From a virus (lineage: Duplodnaviria > Caudoviricetes): DNA of 31,209 bases. The translations under genes were made by a program, and so were the position numbers. The stretch is taken from positions 1 through 31,209 of IMG/VR virus record IMGVR_UViG_3300020042_005655, one strand, 5' to 3'. Shown one piece after another: positions 16,655-25,878 of the stretch; the stretch's first letter is position 1, and the number at the start of each line of letters is the position of its first letter. The notes under the pieces are model-generated. The model worked only from the letters and a program-made list of their open reading frames with translations. It made no database searches and was not told the origin of the DNA.

Positions 16655-18523
16655 ATGTCAGACACATTTTTCAATCCCGATTTAGAAGTAGCTCCGGGCG
16701 GTGACCTGGTCAGGACCATGGGTGGCCTCGCGGGCTTTCCTGACGAAACCTTTTATGCGCCCACCGCTGCCCGCGCCCGCGAATACACGCCACTTGCTTC
16801 GTCTTTTGATCCGACTTCCTACGGCTATGGTGGCGGCGCTGCACCAATCTTCTTTGCCAATCGTCAAGGCATGACTACGCCGTCGGCGGCAGTTTCGGTA
16901 GCAGCCTCCCCTTTCGCCGGTGATGGCGACGGTGAGTATATCCCCGCTCCCGGCTTTTCGTTTCAACCTCTAGGGCCTGGCCAAAGAGTTATCGGCAATC
17001 AAAGCGGTGGCACCTACACTCCTCAACCTGGTGGAGGCTCACCTAGCACCGGCAGTTTCAGTCGTGACCTCGAAGCCCTGATGAATTCACCTGGCGCCCT
17101 CGACGCCATCCTTGCTGTCTTGTCAGGCCCGGCGGGCATTCCCTCCGTCGCCTTGGGCACGGCTCTTGGTGCAGCAACCGGTCGCCCGCAAGTCAACACT
17201 TTGGGTGGTGCGCTTCGTAACTTCCTCCAAGACCGCGCGCTTAAAACCAAAGAAGAACGCCAGCGCCAAACCGAAACTATGGAAGGCTTAAACAAAGTCC
17301 AACAACAACTTGGTTTGGACCGTTCCGGCATCATTGTCGAAGACCTTCCCGAGCCACCCCCACAACAGCCTCCGTTCCAACCCATTTCCGCCCCCGCCAC
17401 CGGCGGCCTAACCGCTTTCGACCTCGGCGGCGGCAATGATGTGAATGCACCCTCTGACCCTAGCGGATTTAGCACAACCGCCGTTGGTCTTGCCGCCGAT
17501 GTTGCTGAAGGTAAGGCAACGCCGTCTGAAGCATTGAACACCATGGCAGAACAAGTTGCTTCTGTTACTGGCATTAATGTTTCCCCTGCTGATTTGGCGG
17601 CTATGGCCGAAGCACTTGGTAGGGATGTTTCAGAAGGTAAGATTGGACTAGCTGACGCCATCTCTTCAATGATGAGTTCCGTTGCTGCTGCCCCTGCTGC
17701 ACCTGCTGCACCTGCTGCACCTGATGATGAAGCTGCTGCTCCTGCTGCGCCTGCTGCTGCACCCGCTGCTGCCGCACCTGCCGCCGCCCCCGCTGCTTCT
17801 TTGGCTGAAACACAAGCAGGCAGGGATGCAAAAGCTGCTCAGACTCAAGAGAATCTTGATAGGCTAGCTGATGATTTCATAGGAGCCTTAAATAGATTTT
17901 CTGATCTGCTAGGCCTTACCGCACCTCCTGCTGCTCCCGCTGCCGCTCCCGCTGATGATCCCGATGATGCTCCCGCTGATGCTCCCGATGATGCTCCCGC
18001 TGATGCTCCCGATGATGCTCCCGCTGATGCTCCCGCTGATGCTCCCGCTGATTCACCCGCTGATTCAGATGCTGATTCAGATGCTGGCGACGGTGACGGT
18101 GACGGTGACGGTGGCGATGGTGACGGTGGCGATGGTGACGGTGGAGGCGGTGATGGTGACGGTGGTGGTGGAGGTGATGGCGGTGGAGGTGATGGCGGTG
18201 GCTATTATCAAGGCGGCCTCGTAGCCTTCGCGCAAGGTGGCTTGATTCCTCTGCAAGGTGGTGGTAAAATTGCCATCGGCCCTGGCGGTGGTCTTGACGA
18301 TCTGATCCCCACTTCTATAGGCGGACGCCGGGCAGCCGCGCTATCAGACGGTGAATTCGTAATACCCGCTGATGTCGTTTCGATGATGGGTGACGGTTCC
18401 TCCAATGCAGGCGCGCGTCGCCTCTACGATCTAGTCAAGCAAGTTCGCCAAGTCAAGACAAACACCAGACAGCAAGCACGTCCGCTGCCGGTCGGCGACA
18501 TTCTTAAGAGGAGTCTCCGCTAA
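16655..18523 (+). CDS. Putative internal virion/ejection protein, low-complexity, with C-terminal GPG..DD.IP..LSDGEFVIPADVV domain
   Basis: Long ORF with SD; Ala/Pro, DAPA and Gly/Asp tracts; the C-terminal motif also occurs in phage tape-measure/internal proteins. Confidence 0.65.
   Translation: MSDTFFNPDLEVAPGGDLVRTMGGLAGFPDETFYAPTAARAREYTPLASSFDPTSYGYGGGAAPIFFANRQGMTTPSAAVSVAASPFAGDGDGEYIPAPGFSFQPLGPGQRVIGNQSGGTYTPQPGGGSPSTGSFSRDLEALMNSPGALDAILAVLSGPAGIPSVALGTALGAATGRPQVNTLGGALRNFLQDRALKTKEERQRQTETMEGLNKVQQQLGLDRSGIIVEDLPEPPPQQPPFQPISAPATGGLTAFDLGGGNDVNAPSDPSGFSTTAVGLAADVAEGKATPSEALNTMAEQVASVTGINVSPADLAAMAEALGRDVSEGKIGLADAISSMMSSVAAAPAAPAAPAAPDDEAAAPAAPAAAPAAAAPAAAPAASLAETQAGRDAKAAQTQENLDRLADDFIGALNRFSDLLGLTAPPAAPAAAPADDPDDAPADAPDDAPADAPDDAPADAPADAPADSPADSDADSDAGDGDGDGDGGDGDGGDGDGGGGDGDGGGGGDGGGGDGGGYYQGGLVAFAQGGLIPLQGGGKIAIGPGGGLDDLIPTSIGGRRAAALSDGEFVIPADVVSMMGDGSSNAGARRLYDLVKQVRQVKTNTRQQARPLPVGDILKRSLR
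17684..18200 (+). repeat. Coding tandem repeats (GCACCTGCT; 12-nt GATGCTCCCG[CA]T; GGTGAC/GGCGAT)
   Basis: Directly visible arrays encoding APA, DAPA/DAPD and GDG tracts. Confidence 0.9.
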
Positions 18524-19989
18524 TGGGCTGGTTTGAAGACTTGCTGGGTATCGGTTCTAGCGCCAACACCACTACCACCACGCAAACGCCATCCGTCCCT
18601 CCTGACGTAGAAGCCGCGCGTCGTGACCTGCTGGGTCGCGCTCAAGCTTTTGCTGCCGAACCTTACAGCCCATATGTAATGCGACGCCCGGGCACGGGCG
18701 GTGGGCCTGTTAACATGGGACCGGGTAGCGGTGGTGCGCCCATGGCCCCGTATGGCGAGATCACTGACATGGGACCGGGCAGGGGGCTTGCGCCTCCCGC
18801 TGGCCCTGTTAACATGGGACCGGAGAGCGGCGGTGGCATGATTCGCTACTTACCCCCTGAAATGAAACCGGGCGGTGGCGACACATTCAAAGCTGATATT
18901 GGTTTCCGCGACAGGCCCTTTGGCATTTCTGTGGGTGTGCCCGGAACCCCCACTTACCGCGAACAGCCCATGGCACTTCCAGGGGGTCAAGAAATGTCGC
19001 AGCGTCCCCTCGATATCGAAGAAATTCTAAAACTGAACAAGGTGGGTGGTGGCGACTATCGGCCACCGGGCAGCGGAGACATCATCTACTCTGACATGGG
19101 ACCGGGTAGCGGTGGTGCGCCCATGGCCCCGCCAAGCGCGGCAGCCGGTATAGCCGGGTTTCCTGATGAAGAATACGTGCCTATTCCTCGCGTCGCAGGC
19201 TTCACGCCCGACCAACTTGCGGCCTTTGAGGCGGCCAGAAATCTTGCTTCATCCTCGGGTGCATTAGGCGCGCTTACTCCAGGCTTGACTTCGGAAGCTA
19301 TTTTAAGGTCCCGTGACCTTGCCACTACCCTGCCCGAAACCGACATCCAAGCATACATGTCGCCTTACACGCAGGCGGTCCTTGACCCGGCGATCCGCGA
19401 CATCGAAGAACGCGCCGCCCGTAAACGCCTTGAGTTGGGTCAGCAGTCCGCGCGCACCGGCTCCTTCGGCGGCTCACGTCAAGCCATCGCGGAGTCCGAA
19501 CTGGAGCGCGGCACTCAGCGCAACATCGCCGAGGTCTCCGCTTTGGAACGCTCCAAAGCTTACAACCAAGCTCTTGATCAGTTCCGCAAAGACCAAATCA
19601 ATATCCCCGACCTTTACAAGGGTGCGCTTGGTGCGCTTACGACCGGCCTCGCTCAAACGAGCAGCCGCCTCGGCACCGAATATAGTCCATTACTGCAAAT
19701 CGGTAGTGCCCAGCAAGCCCTGGGGCAAGCCAACCTCGACGTCCTCCGCAAGGAATTCGAAGAGCAACGCGACTATCCATTGCGCGGTATGGAAGCTTTA
19801 CGCGGCGCACTCGGCCTAGGCTCCACTACACTCGGCATTGGTTCGACAGGCACCGCTCAAGCACCCAGCCCGAACGTACTCGGCCAAGTGTTTGGTACAG
19901 TGGCGGCAGCTCCGGGCGTCATCAAAGCTGGTACAAGCGTATGGGATTGGGCGAGCAGCCTCTTCAAACCGGCAACTGGCGGCAATTAG
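18523..19989 (+). CDS. Putative ejection/DNA pilot protein with a repeat insertion
   Basis: TAATG-coupled; PRVAGFTPDQ, YMSPYTQAV and GSFGGSRQAIAE motifs common to podoviral ejection proteins. Confidence 0.7.
   Translation: MGWFEDLLGIGSSANTTTTTQTPSVPPDVEAARRDLLGRAQAFAAEPYSPYVMRRPGTGGGPVNMGPGSGGAPMAPYGEITDMGPGRGLAPPAGPVNMGPESGGGMIRYLPPEMKPGGGDTFKADIGFRDRPFGISVGVPGTPTYREQPMALPGGQEMSQRPLDIEEILKLNKVGGGDYRPPGSGDIIYSDMGPGSGGAPMAPPSAAAGIAGFPDEEYVPIPRVAGFTPDQLAAFEAARNLASSSGALGALTPGLTSEAILRSRDLATTLPETDIQAYMSPYTQAVLDPAIRDIEERAARKRLELGQQSARTGSFGGSRQAIAESELERGTQRNIAEVSALERSKAYNQALDQFRKDQINIPDLYKGALGALTTGLAQTSSRLGTEYSPLLQIGSAQQALGQANLDVLRKEFEEQRDYPLRGMEALRGALGLGSTTLGIGSTGTAQAPSPNVLGQVFGTVAAAPGVIKAGTSVWDWASSLFKPATGGN
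18713..19131 (+). repeat. Dispersed coding direct repeats: four copies of ACATGGGACCGG and one exact 38-nt pair
   Basis: Core copies at 18713, 18767, 18812 and 19094; 18713-18750 is identical to 19094-19131. Confidence 0.9.
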
Positions 19990-19999
19990 GAACACAATC

Positions 20000-20932
20000 A
20001 TGGCGGACCTTTCTAACTATCTTAGTGCCCTTCGCAACGCCTTGCAACTAGGCGGAGTAAATCCGTTACCTGGCGCCTTAGTCGAGCGTCTCTATAATTC
20101 TTTTAGTGGCCCAGGCAGCGTAACTCCTGCTGCTGCGTCCGAACGCCCGGCACCCCCTGGAACCGCCGCTGCCCCTGCCGCTGCCCCTGCCGCCGCCGCG
20201 CCCGCGTCTGCTGTGCGTCCAATGGCTGCGGCTCCCGCCCCTGCGCCAGAACCCATGCCGCCAGCGCCAGAACCTGCTGCGGCTGGCCAGCCCCAAAGCC
20301 TATTGGATCGTCTCCGTCAAAGCACTGCCGCGAGCCTTGAAAATCCCGGTCTGCAATCTGCTGGCGACATTGGCGCGGGCATGCTCGCTTCTCGCAGCCC
20401 CAACTTCTTCACCATGTTAGGCGCGGGCCTGCAAGCGCAACGCACTGGCGAACGCGAACGCATGCAAGAACTTCGCCAAGCTGCCAGCGCTGAAGCCGAA
20501 GCCCGCTACCGCGACCAGACCATTCGCCTCAAGGAAGAACAACTGCGCGATCCTTCCGCACGCAATCTTCGCGAAGCTCAAGCCGAATACTACCGTCGCC
20601 GTCCTGATATGATAGCCACTACTGCCGGTGCGCGTGGCCGACTGACCGACGCTCAATACGCGACCATCGTCAATCAAGCAGAACAAGAAGCTCGCCGTCA
20701 ACACCCTGATCCGACACCCGGCATGCCTGATACTCCAGCAGCAAAAGAAAGTCGCCGAGTAGCACGCGAAGAATTTAAAAATCGCCGCATCCAAGAAATT
20801 ATGTTGGCCAACGAACAAAGGCAAAGCGGGGTACCTGTACCTCCGGCACAGCCCGCACAAGCACCTCCGTCATCTGCTATTCCAGTTCCGTTGACTGGCC
20901 CACTCCCCCCGCCGGCACCAGCGGTACGCTAA
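20000..20932 (+). CDS. Putative ejection protein (Pro/Ala-rich, helical)
   Basis: Start moved to ATG20000 (SD AGGA at 19988, no overlap with the upstream gene); GAGMLASRSPNFF..LGAGL motif; located in the ejection block. Confidence 0.65.
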   Translation: MADLSNYLSALRNALQLGGVNPLPGALVERLYNSFSGPGSVTPAAASERPAPPGTAAAPAAAPAAAAPASAVRPMAAAPAPAPEPMPPAPEPAAAGQPQSLLDRLRQSTAASLENPGLQSAGDIGAGMLASRSPNFFTMLGAGLQAQRTGERERMQELRQAASAEAEARYRDQTIRLKEEQLRDPSARNLREAQAEYYRRRPDMIATTAGARGRLTDAQYATIVNQAEQEARRQHPDPTPGMPDTPAAKESRRVAREEFKNRRIQEIMLANEQRQSGVPVPPAQPAQAPPSSAIPVPLTGPLPPPAPAVR

Positions 20933-23900
20933 TGCCGCTTTACCAAGTCCCTCTGCCTAACGGCACTATCGTAGAGATCGAGGGACCTGCTGGCGTCGAA
21001 CGTCAAGTGCAGGCCCGCGCTCGCGAATACTTTCGGTCTGCGTTCCCCGAGGAATTTGAAAGCTGGCGGCGCACCCAAGTAGGCTTGGGCAGTTCCATCA
21101 CGCAGGGCGCTTCCCGCGCCGTTGACGAATTCCGAGGCCAACTATATTCAGCAGCCGAGGGCCTAGGCCAATCCCTTAACATACCCAGCCTCCAAAACTT
21201 TGGGCGACAAGGCCGCATCGAACAGGCCCTTCAAGCGGAAGTCTCTCAGCCTCAAGCTCTTCGCACACCAATTCTTGACTCACAAGGTCCCGGCGACGTT
21301 GGACGCGCTTCCGCTGAAATTATAACGGGCTCGCTTCCCTCAACTGCCACAGCCATTGGCGGTGCTTTAGCTGGTGCGCGTCTTGGTGCCCGCGCCGGTC
21401 TGCCTGGTCTTGTTGGCGGTTTCATTGGCGGCGGCCTAGCTGGTTACTTGCCGACAGCAGGCTCCAACATCCAGCGTAAGATCGAAGTAGAAGCTGAACG
21501 TCTAGGCGTGACGCCTGCTGAAGTTACACAGATTCCCAACCCCGGTGCTGCCTTCGCTGCCGCTGTTCCTCAAGTCGCTCTTGAAAGCGCCGCCGATGTT
21601 CTCACTCTTGGCGCCGCGCGTTTCCTAGGGCGCCCCGTGGGGGAAGCAGCAGGTGCATTAGTTCCGCGTCTACTTCGTGGTGCGGGCGTGGGTGCTGTAA
21701 CTGAACCTCCGGTCGAAGTAGTGCAGACCGGAATCGAACGCTACCAAGCTGACCTACCAGTCACCGGCCCTGAAGCCAACCGTGAATACCTTGAAGCTGG
21801 TCTTGGCGGTGCAATCGCTGGCGGCGTCCTTGGCGGTGCTGCGCGTGGGGCCTTTGGTGCCCGGCCCGCCCCCGCTGCCCCCACTCCCGAAGCTGGCGCT
21901 CCGGCTGCCGAAGCTGCCACGACTCCTGAAGGTCCCGCGCCCGCTGCTCCCGCTGCCCCACGCTTCGAACCCATTACGCTACCGGAACGCCCGCAGCCTT
22001 TGGCTTCCGTCGCTGAGACCGAAGCGTTCCTTGCTGAGAACCCGCGCTTCACGCCACCTGTTCCACTTGCCACGCCCGAAGCTGCCCAGGCTTTTGTCAA
22101 CGCAGCCCGCGTGGCCGACTGGCAACAGACCACCACCAACCTCCGCCAACAGGCCATTGACGATTTCGTAGGCAAGCCTGCCGCGCCCGCCTCTGAAGCT
22201 GAAGCCGCGCTGCCTATCAACCGTGAAGCGCAGGCCACCAACTTCTTCACTAATCTAGGTGAAGCCCAGACACTGGGCAACCTAGATATGAACTCGTTCA
22301 CGCCGACCCAAGTCGCCCGTTCTGCCCTTGCGGTGCGAGACGTCGATCCCGGCAGGCCATCCAAGACCGAACTGAAATCCATCACCGAACAACTCGACGG
22401 TCTCGTTGACACGGGCTATCTACGCAAACTGACACCCCGCACCTACGGCATCAACACCTCGCCTACTGCGCGCCCAGCACCAACTCCCGCCGAATCCCAA
22501 GCTGAAGTAGCTGCCCTAAATGAACAACTCGCGACTGGTACACCAACTCCTGAAATGGTGCAGCGCCCCGGCATTGGTGAAGCTCCTACGCCCCAACAAC
22601 CTCTAGACGAACCCTCACTGTGGCGCGGCTACTCCCTGAACGCCGGTCCTGAAGCGCGCAGTTCTGTCGTAGCCCAAGCCCGCAACGTAGCTGCTGTTCG
22701 CCAGCGCCCCTTCACGCGCCCCGAACTTGTTGACTTTTCGACTCAAATTTCGGCAGCCCCTACGCCAGAAGCCCGCGATCAAATCGCCAACGACTTCATC
22801 ACGCGCCGCGCCCCTGCTGCTGCGCCCGCTGCTGCGCCTGCTGCTGCGCCGCCGCCACGTGGTTCAGTGCCGTCTGTGGGTCCTACGCCCGCCACGACTT
22901 CTGCCGCTGCAGCCAGAGCTGCCGACCCTGCATCCGGCGCTGGCGAACCCACTGAAACTGTTGAAGAGGCGCTGTTCACGCCACCTAGGAACGAGCCGTT
23001 GAGGCAATCCCAAGCGCGAATTAATCAGCAGTACAACGACAGTTTCCGCGCTGGCACTTTCGCCAAGGTCTTAGCATCACCTATTGCATTCTTCGGCAAA
23101 CAACCTATATACAAAGCATCTGCTGATAGCATGGACCGTTACTATGTCCGTAACCACCAAGGCTTGAGCGACGTCACCGCGCTCTACGGCCCCATGCTTG
23201 AGATGTCTGCCGAAAGCCAGGCTCGCATGATCCTTGCTCTTCAGGATGCCAGCGTCAACCGGCGCGACTGGAATCGTGGCAACTTCAGCACCGCAGAAAA
23301 TGCGGCGATGGACGGCGTCATTGCCGCGACTCAGCGCCAGCTTGACTACGTGATCGACGCCTACGTAAGCGAATACTTCAATCCTAACGGAACTACCAAC
23401 CCGCAGGACCGTGCGCGCCTCGAAGCTTTCCAGCAACGCAAGGGCGACCGTCTTGTACTTGACATGCCTGCCAACGAAGTGCGCGCTGCCTCGCCTGAAG
23501 GCTTTGCTGCAATGCAATCCTACAACCGGCTTCGCAATCCGTTCTACATTCCTCAGATTGCGCGCGGCACCCACTTTGCTGCGGCTTACGAACGCCAGCC
23601 GGGCGGCAAAGAAAAGCCAGTCCGTATCTACTTCTTCGATCCCGTGAGGGGCGTCCGCAAACTCCGCCAAAAAGCTGGCATACAACGTGACTTCGAAGCC
23701 ATCGCCATCCAGCGCCTGCGTGAAGAGTTTCCTGACAGCAAACGCTACTATGTCATGCAGCGGGGCATGGAAGCCACAAGGGACGAAGACGCCAATAACC
23801 TCCGTCGGGACGGCGACTTCATTGCCAACTATATGCAGCAACTCAGCCAGGTAAGTGGCAAGGAAGCTAAGCAGGTTATTGCGCGGATGTCCAAGGAAAT

Positions 23901-25830
23901 CGACAAAGCGCAGATGGACAGTATGTTCCGTCGCAACAACAACCTGCTGCGGGCCGTGGTTCCTGAGAACGCCGTTGACTACGTGCGCGAAACCATCCCC
24001 AACTACCTGATTGCTGCCAACCGCATGCAGGCTAGGCGCGCCGTGCGTGACGACTTCAACAGGTCGCTTGAAGGCTATAGCAACGAAGAGAAAGCCTACT
24101 GGAATGATGTATACAACTATGCGTCCACACCCACGGAAGCTTTTGGCACGGGCCGCGCGCTTGCGTTCTTCGTTTACTTGGGCTTCAATCTTAGTACGGC
24201 AGTCATTCAGTTCACGCAGAACCCTACCGTATTGGTGCCACGCTTGCTGCGCGACGGGGGCGGAGCCATTGGCACTACACGCTACGCCCTGTCCGCAGCC
24301 CGCGATGTGTATGGCACCTTAGACATTGCAAAGTCTGTGGGCAAGGAACTCAACTACACCAAGAGCTTGATAGATCGTGGAGTATTGACATCTGACGAAG
24401 CTACTGCTATTAAGAAAGCTGTCCGCGATGGCCGCATCAATCCAGTGCAGGCTGTCGAGTTGCGTAGTTCTATTTCGGCTGCTGACTTCCGCAATACCGG
24501 CGTTGCTGACAAGGACGCTACAGCAATTGCTCAAGGCGCCAACAAGGTCGTTGATTTGTCCGGTCGCTTCCTATCCGCCGTCGATGAAACAAACCGCCTA
24601 ACTGCATTCTTGGCAGCATACCGTCTAGCGAAAGCCCGCCCGGAAGTAATGGCTCGCGCGGGACGCCTCGACAACCGCGAATACCGGACTCCCTACGATT
24701 ATGCTGAAGGCGTAGTTAGCGATACCAACTTCCGCTCCGTAAAGGAAGACCGTGCGCTAGTGCAACGCTTCCATCCCGTTGCTGAAGTCATGACGCAGTT
24801 CATGTCACCCGTCTTTAAGCTTATGGAAATCTACGCCCGCAGCGCCGCCCAAACTATCCGTGGCCTGAAGACTGGCAACCCCGAAATGGCCAAAGCAGCG
24901 GCCCTTCAATTCGCAGCCATGACCGCCATCCAAGTTGGATTGGCCGGGGTCTGGTCGCTTCCGCTGGCAGAACGTATGCGTGAACTCATTGAGTTCGTAA
25001 TGAAGCAAGCCTTTGACGACCCTGTGGATTTCGAACAAGAACTTGAACGGTTCCTTGGCAGTGGCTTCATAGCTTCGCTTCTTAGCTATGGTCTGCCTCA
25101 CGCCCAAGGTAGCATTAGCCTGAACAGCCGCCTCAAGATCGACCCACTGCCACAAGGCTCCGTGTCGGAGTGGGATGTCCTGTCCTTGCTTGGCCCGGTC
25201 GGTGGCTTCGGCACTCGCGCCATGGACTTCGTTGACGCCTATAAGAAGGGCGACGTCTATGGTATGCTGTATTCGTTCCCGCTTATGCCGACTGCCGCTG
25301 CCAATTTAATCAAGGCGGGCCAGCTTGCCATTGACGAAGAACAGTGGACCAAGCGGGGTGGAAAGATCATTACGCCTGACGATGTACGCAAAGCAAGTGC
25401 GTCGGGCTTGGTGCCTCCCGCTGTTCAGCAAGCTATAGGCTTTGCGCCACCTGAGTTCGCTGACATCCGTCGTGGTGCTAACCGCATCAAAGAACTTCAG
25501 AATCTTAACAAGGACCCAACCGAACGTGCCAACATTGAGCTTGCCCGTTATGTGTTGCGCGCCCTGGAAGCCCAACAAAACGGGCGTGACCAAGACGTTG
25601 AGCGTTACATGGCTGCCTACGAGAAGCGTAAAGAAGAAATCGTGCGCGAACAAGAAGGTAAGCGGCCTGAGGCTCGGGTCCAAATCAACGAGCAGTCTAT
25701 TGTGCGCCGCGCCCAGGAAGACCTGCTAGGACGTGGCAATCCTGAAGTTCTTACGCGACAGACCCGCGTCCCGGCGCGTAGTGAAGCTGCCCGTATTGCC
25801 GAAGAAGCCCGCTGGCGCGACCGGCAGTAG
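20932..25830 (+). CDS. Large internal virion/ejection protein, 1632 aa (large polyvalent protein-like helical C-terminus)
   Basis: TAATG-coupled; Gly/Ala-rich hydrophobic N-terminal helices, Pro/Ala linkers, FYIPQIARG, YLGFNLSTAVIQFTQ, ETNRLTAFLAAYRLA and TQFMSPV motifs. Confidence 0.7.
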   Translation: MPLYQVPLPNGTIVEIEGPAGVERQVQARAREYFRSAFPEEFESWRRTQVGLGSSITQGASRAVDEFRGQLYSAAEGLGQSLNIPSLQNFGRQGRIEQALQAEVSQPQALRTPILDSQGPGDVGRASAEIITGSLPSTATAIGGALAGARLGARAGLPGLVGGFIGGGLAGYLPTAGSNIQRKIEVEAERLGVTPAEVTQIPNPGAAFAAAVPQVALESAADVLTLGAARFLGRPVGEAAGALVPRLLRGAGVGAVTEPPVEVVQTGIERYQADLPVTGPEANREYLEAGLGGAIAGGVLGGAARGAFGARPAPAAPTPEAGAPAAEAATTPEGPAPAAPAAPRFEPITLPERPQPLASVAETEAFLAENPRFTPPVPLATPEAAQAFVNAARVADWQQTTTNLRQQAIDDFVGKPAAPASEAEAALPINREAQATNFFTNLGEAQTLGNLDMNSFTPTQVARSALAVRDVDPGRPSKTELKSITEQLDGLVDTGYLRKLTPRTYGINTSPTARPAPTPAESQAEVAALNEQLATGTPTPEMVQRPGIGEAPTPQQPLDEPSLWRGYSLNAGPEARSSVVAQARNVAAVRQRPFTRPELVDFSTQISAAPTPEARDQIANDFITRRAPAAAPAAAPAAAPPPRGSVPSVGPTPATTSAAAARAADPASGAGEPTETVEEALFTPPRNEPLRQSQARINQQYNDSFRAGTFAKVLASPIAFFGKQPIYKASADSMDRYYVRNHQGLSDVTALYGPMLEMSAESQARMILALQDASVNRRDWNRGNFSTAENAAMDGVIAATQRQLDYVIDAYVSEYFNPNGTTNPQDRARLEAFQQRKGDRLVLDMPANEVRAASPEGFAAMQSYNRLRNPFYIPQIARGTHFAAAYERQPGGKEKPVRIYFFDPVRGVRKLRQKAGIQRDFEAIAIQRLREEFPDSKRYYVMQRGMEATRDEDANNLRRDGDFIANYMQQLSQVSGKEAKQVIARMSKEIDKAQMDSMFRRNNNLLRAVVPENAVDYVRETIPNYLIAANRMQARRAVRDDFNRSLEGYSNEEKAYWNDVYNYASTPTEAFGTGRALAFFVYLGFNLSTAVIQFTQNPTVLVPRLLRDGGGAIGTTRYALSAARDVYGTLDIAKSVGKELNYTKSLIDRGVLTSDEATAIKKAVRDGRINPVQAVELRSSISAADFRNTGVADKDATAIAQGANKVVDLSGRFLSAVDETNRLTAFLAAYRLAKARPEVMARAGRLDNREYRTPYDYAEGVVSDTNFRSVKEDRALVQRFHPVAEVMTQFMSPVFKLMEIYARSAAQTIRGLKTGNPEMAKAAALQFAAMTAIQVGLAGVWSLPLAERMRELIEFVMKQAFDDPVDFEQELERFLGSGFIASLLSYGLPHAQGSISLNSRLKIDPLPQGSVSEWDVLSLLGPVGGFGTRAMDFVDAYKKGDVYGMLYSFPLMPTAAANLIKAGQLAIDEEQWTKRGGKIITPDDVRKASASGLVPPAVQQAIGFAPPEFADIRRGANRIKELQNLNKDPTERANIELARYVLRALEAQQNGRDQDVERYMAAYEKRKEEIVREQEGKRPEARVQINEQSIVRRAQEDLLGRGNPEVLTRQTRVPARSEAARIAEEARWRDRQ

Positions 25831-25843
25831 CCTAACTAAATTC

Positions 25844-25872
25844 TTGACAGCAGACAGGGCTTCGGGTATGCT
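25844..25872 (+). promoter_or_regulatory. Sigma70 promoter, likely giving a leaderless transcript
   Basis: TTGACA(25844-25849)-N17-TATGCT(25867-25872), with only 6 nt between the -10 hexamer and ATG25879. Confidence 0.65.
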
Positions 25873-25878
25873 GAGGGC

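Noticed and set aside
17682-18224. Alternative-frame ORFs with Leu/Met/Pro repeats (MLPLMLPM...)
   Set aside because: Frame-shifted readings of the coding microsatellites.
18713-19131. Repeats considered as a mini-CRISPR array or att sites
   Set aside because: Irregular spacing, in frame within a CDS, variable length, and no cas or integrase gene in the window.
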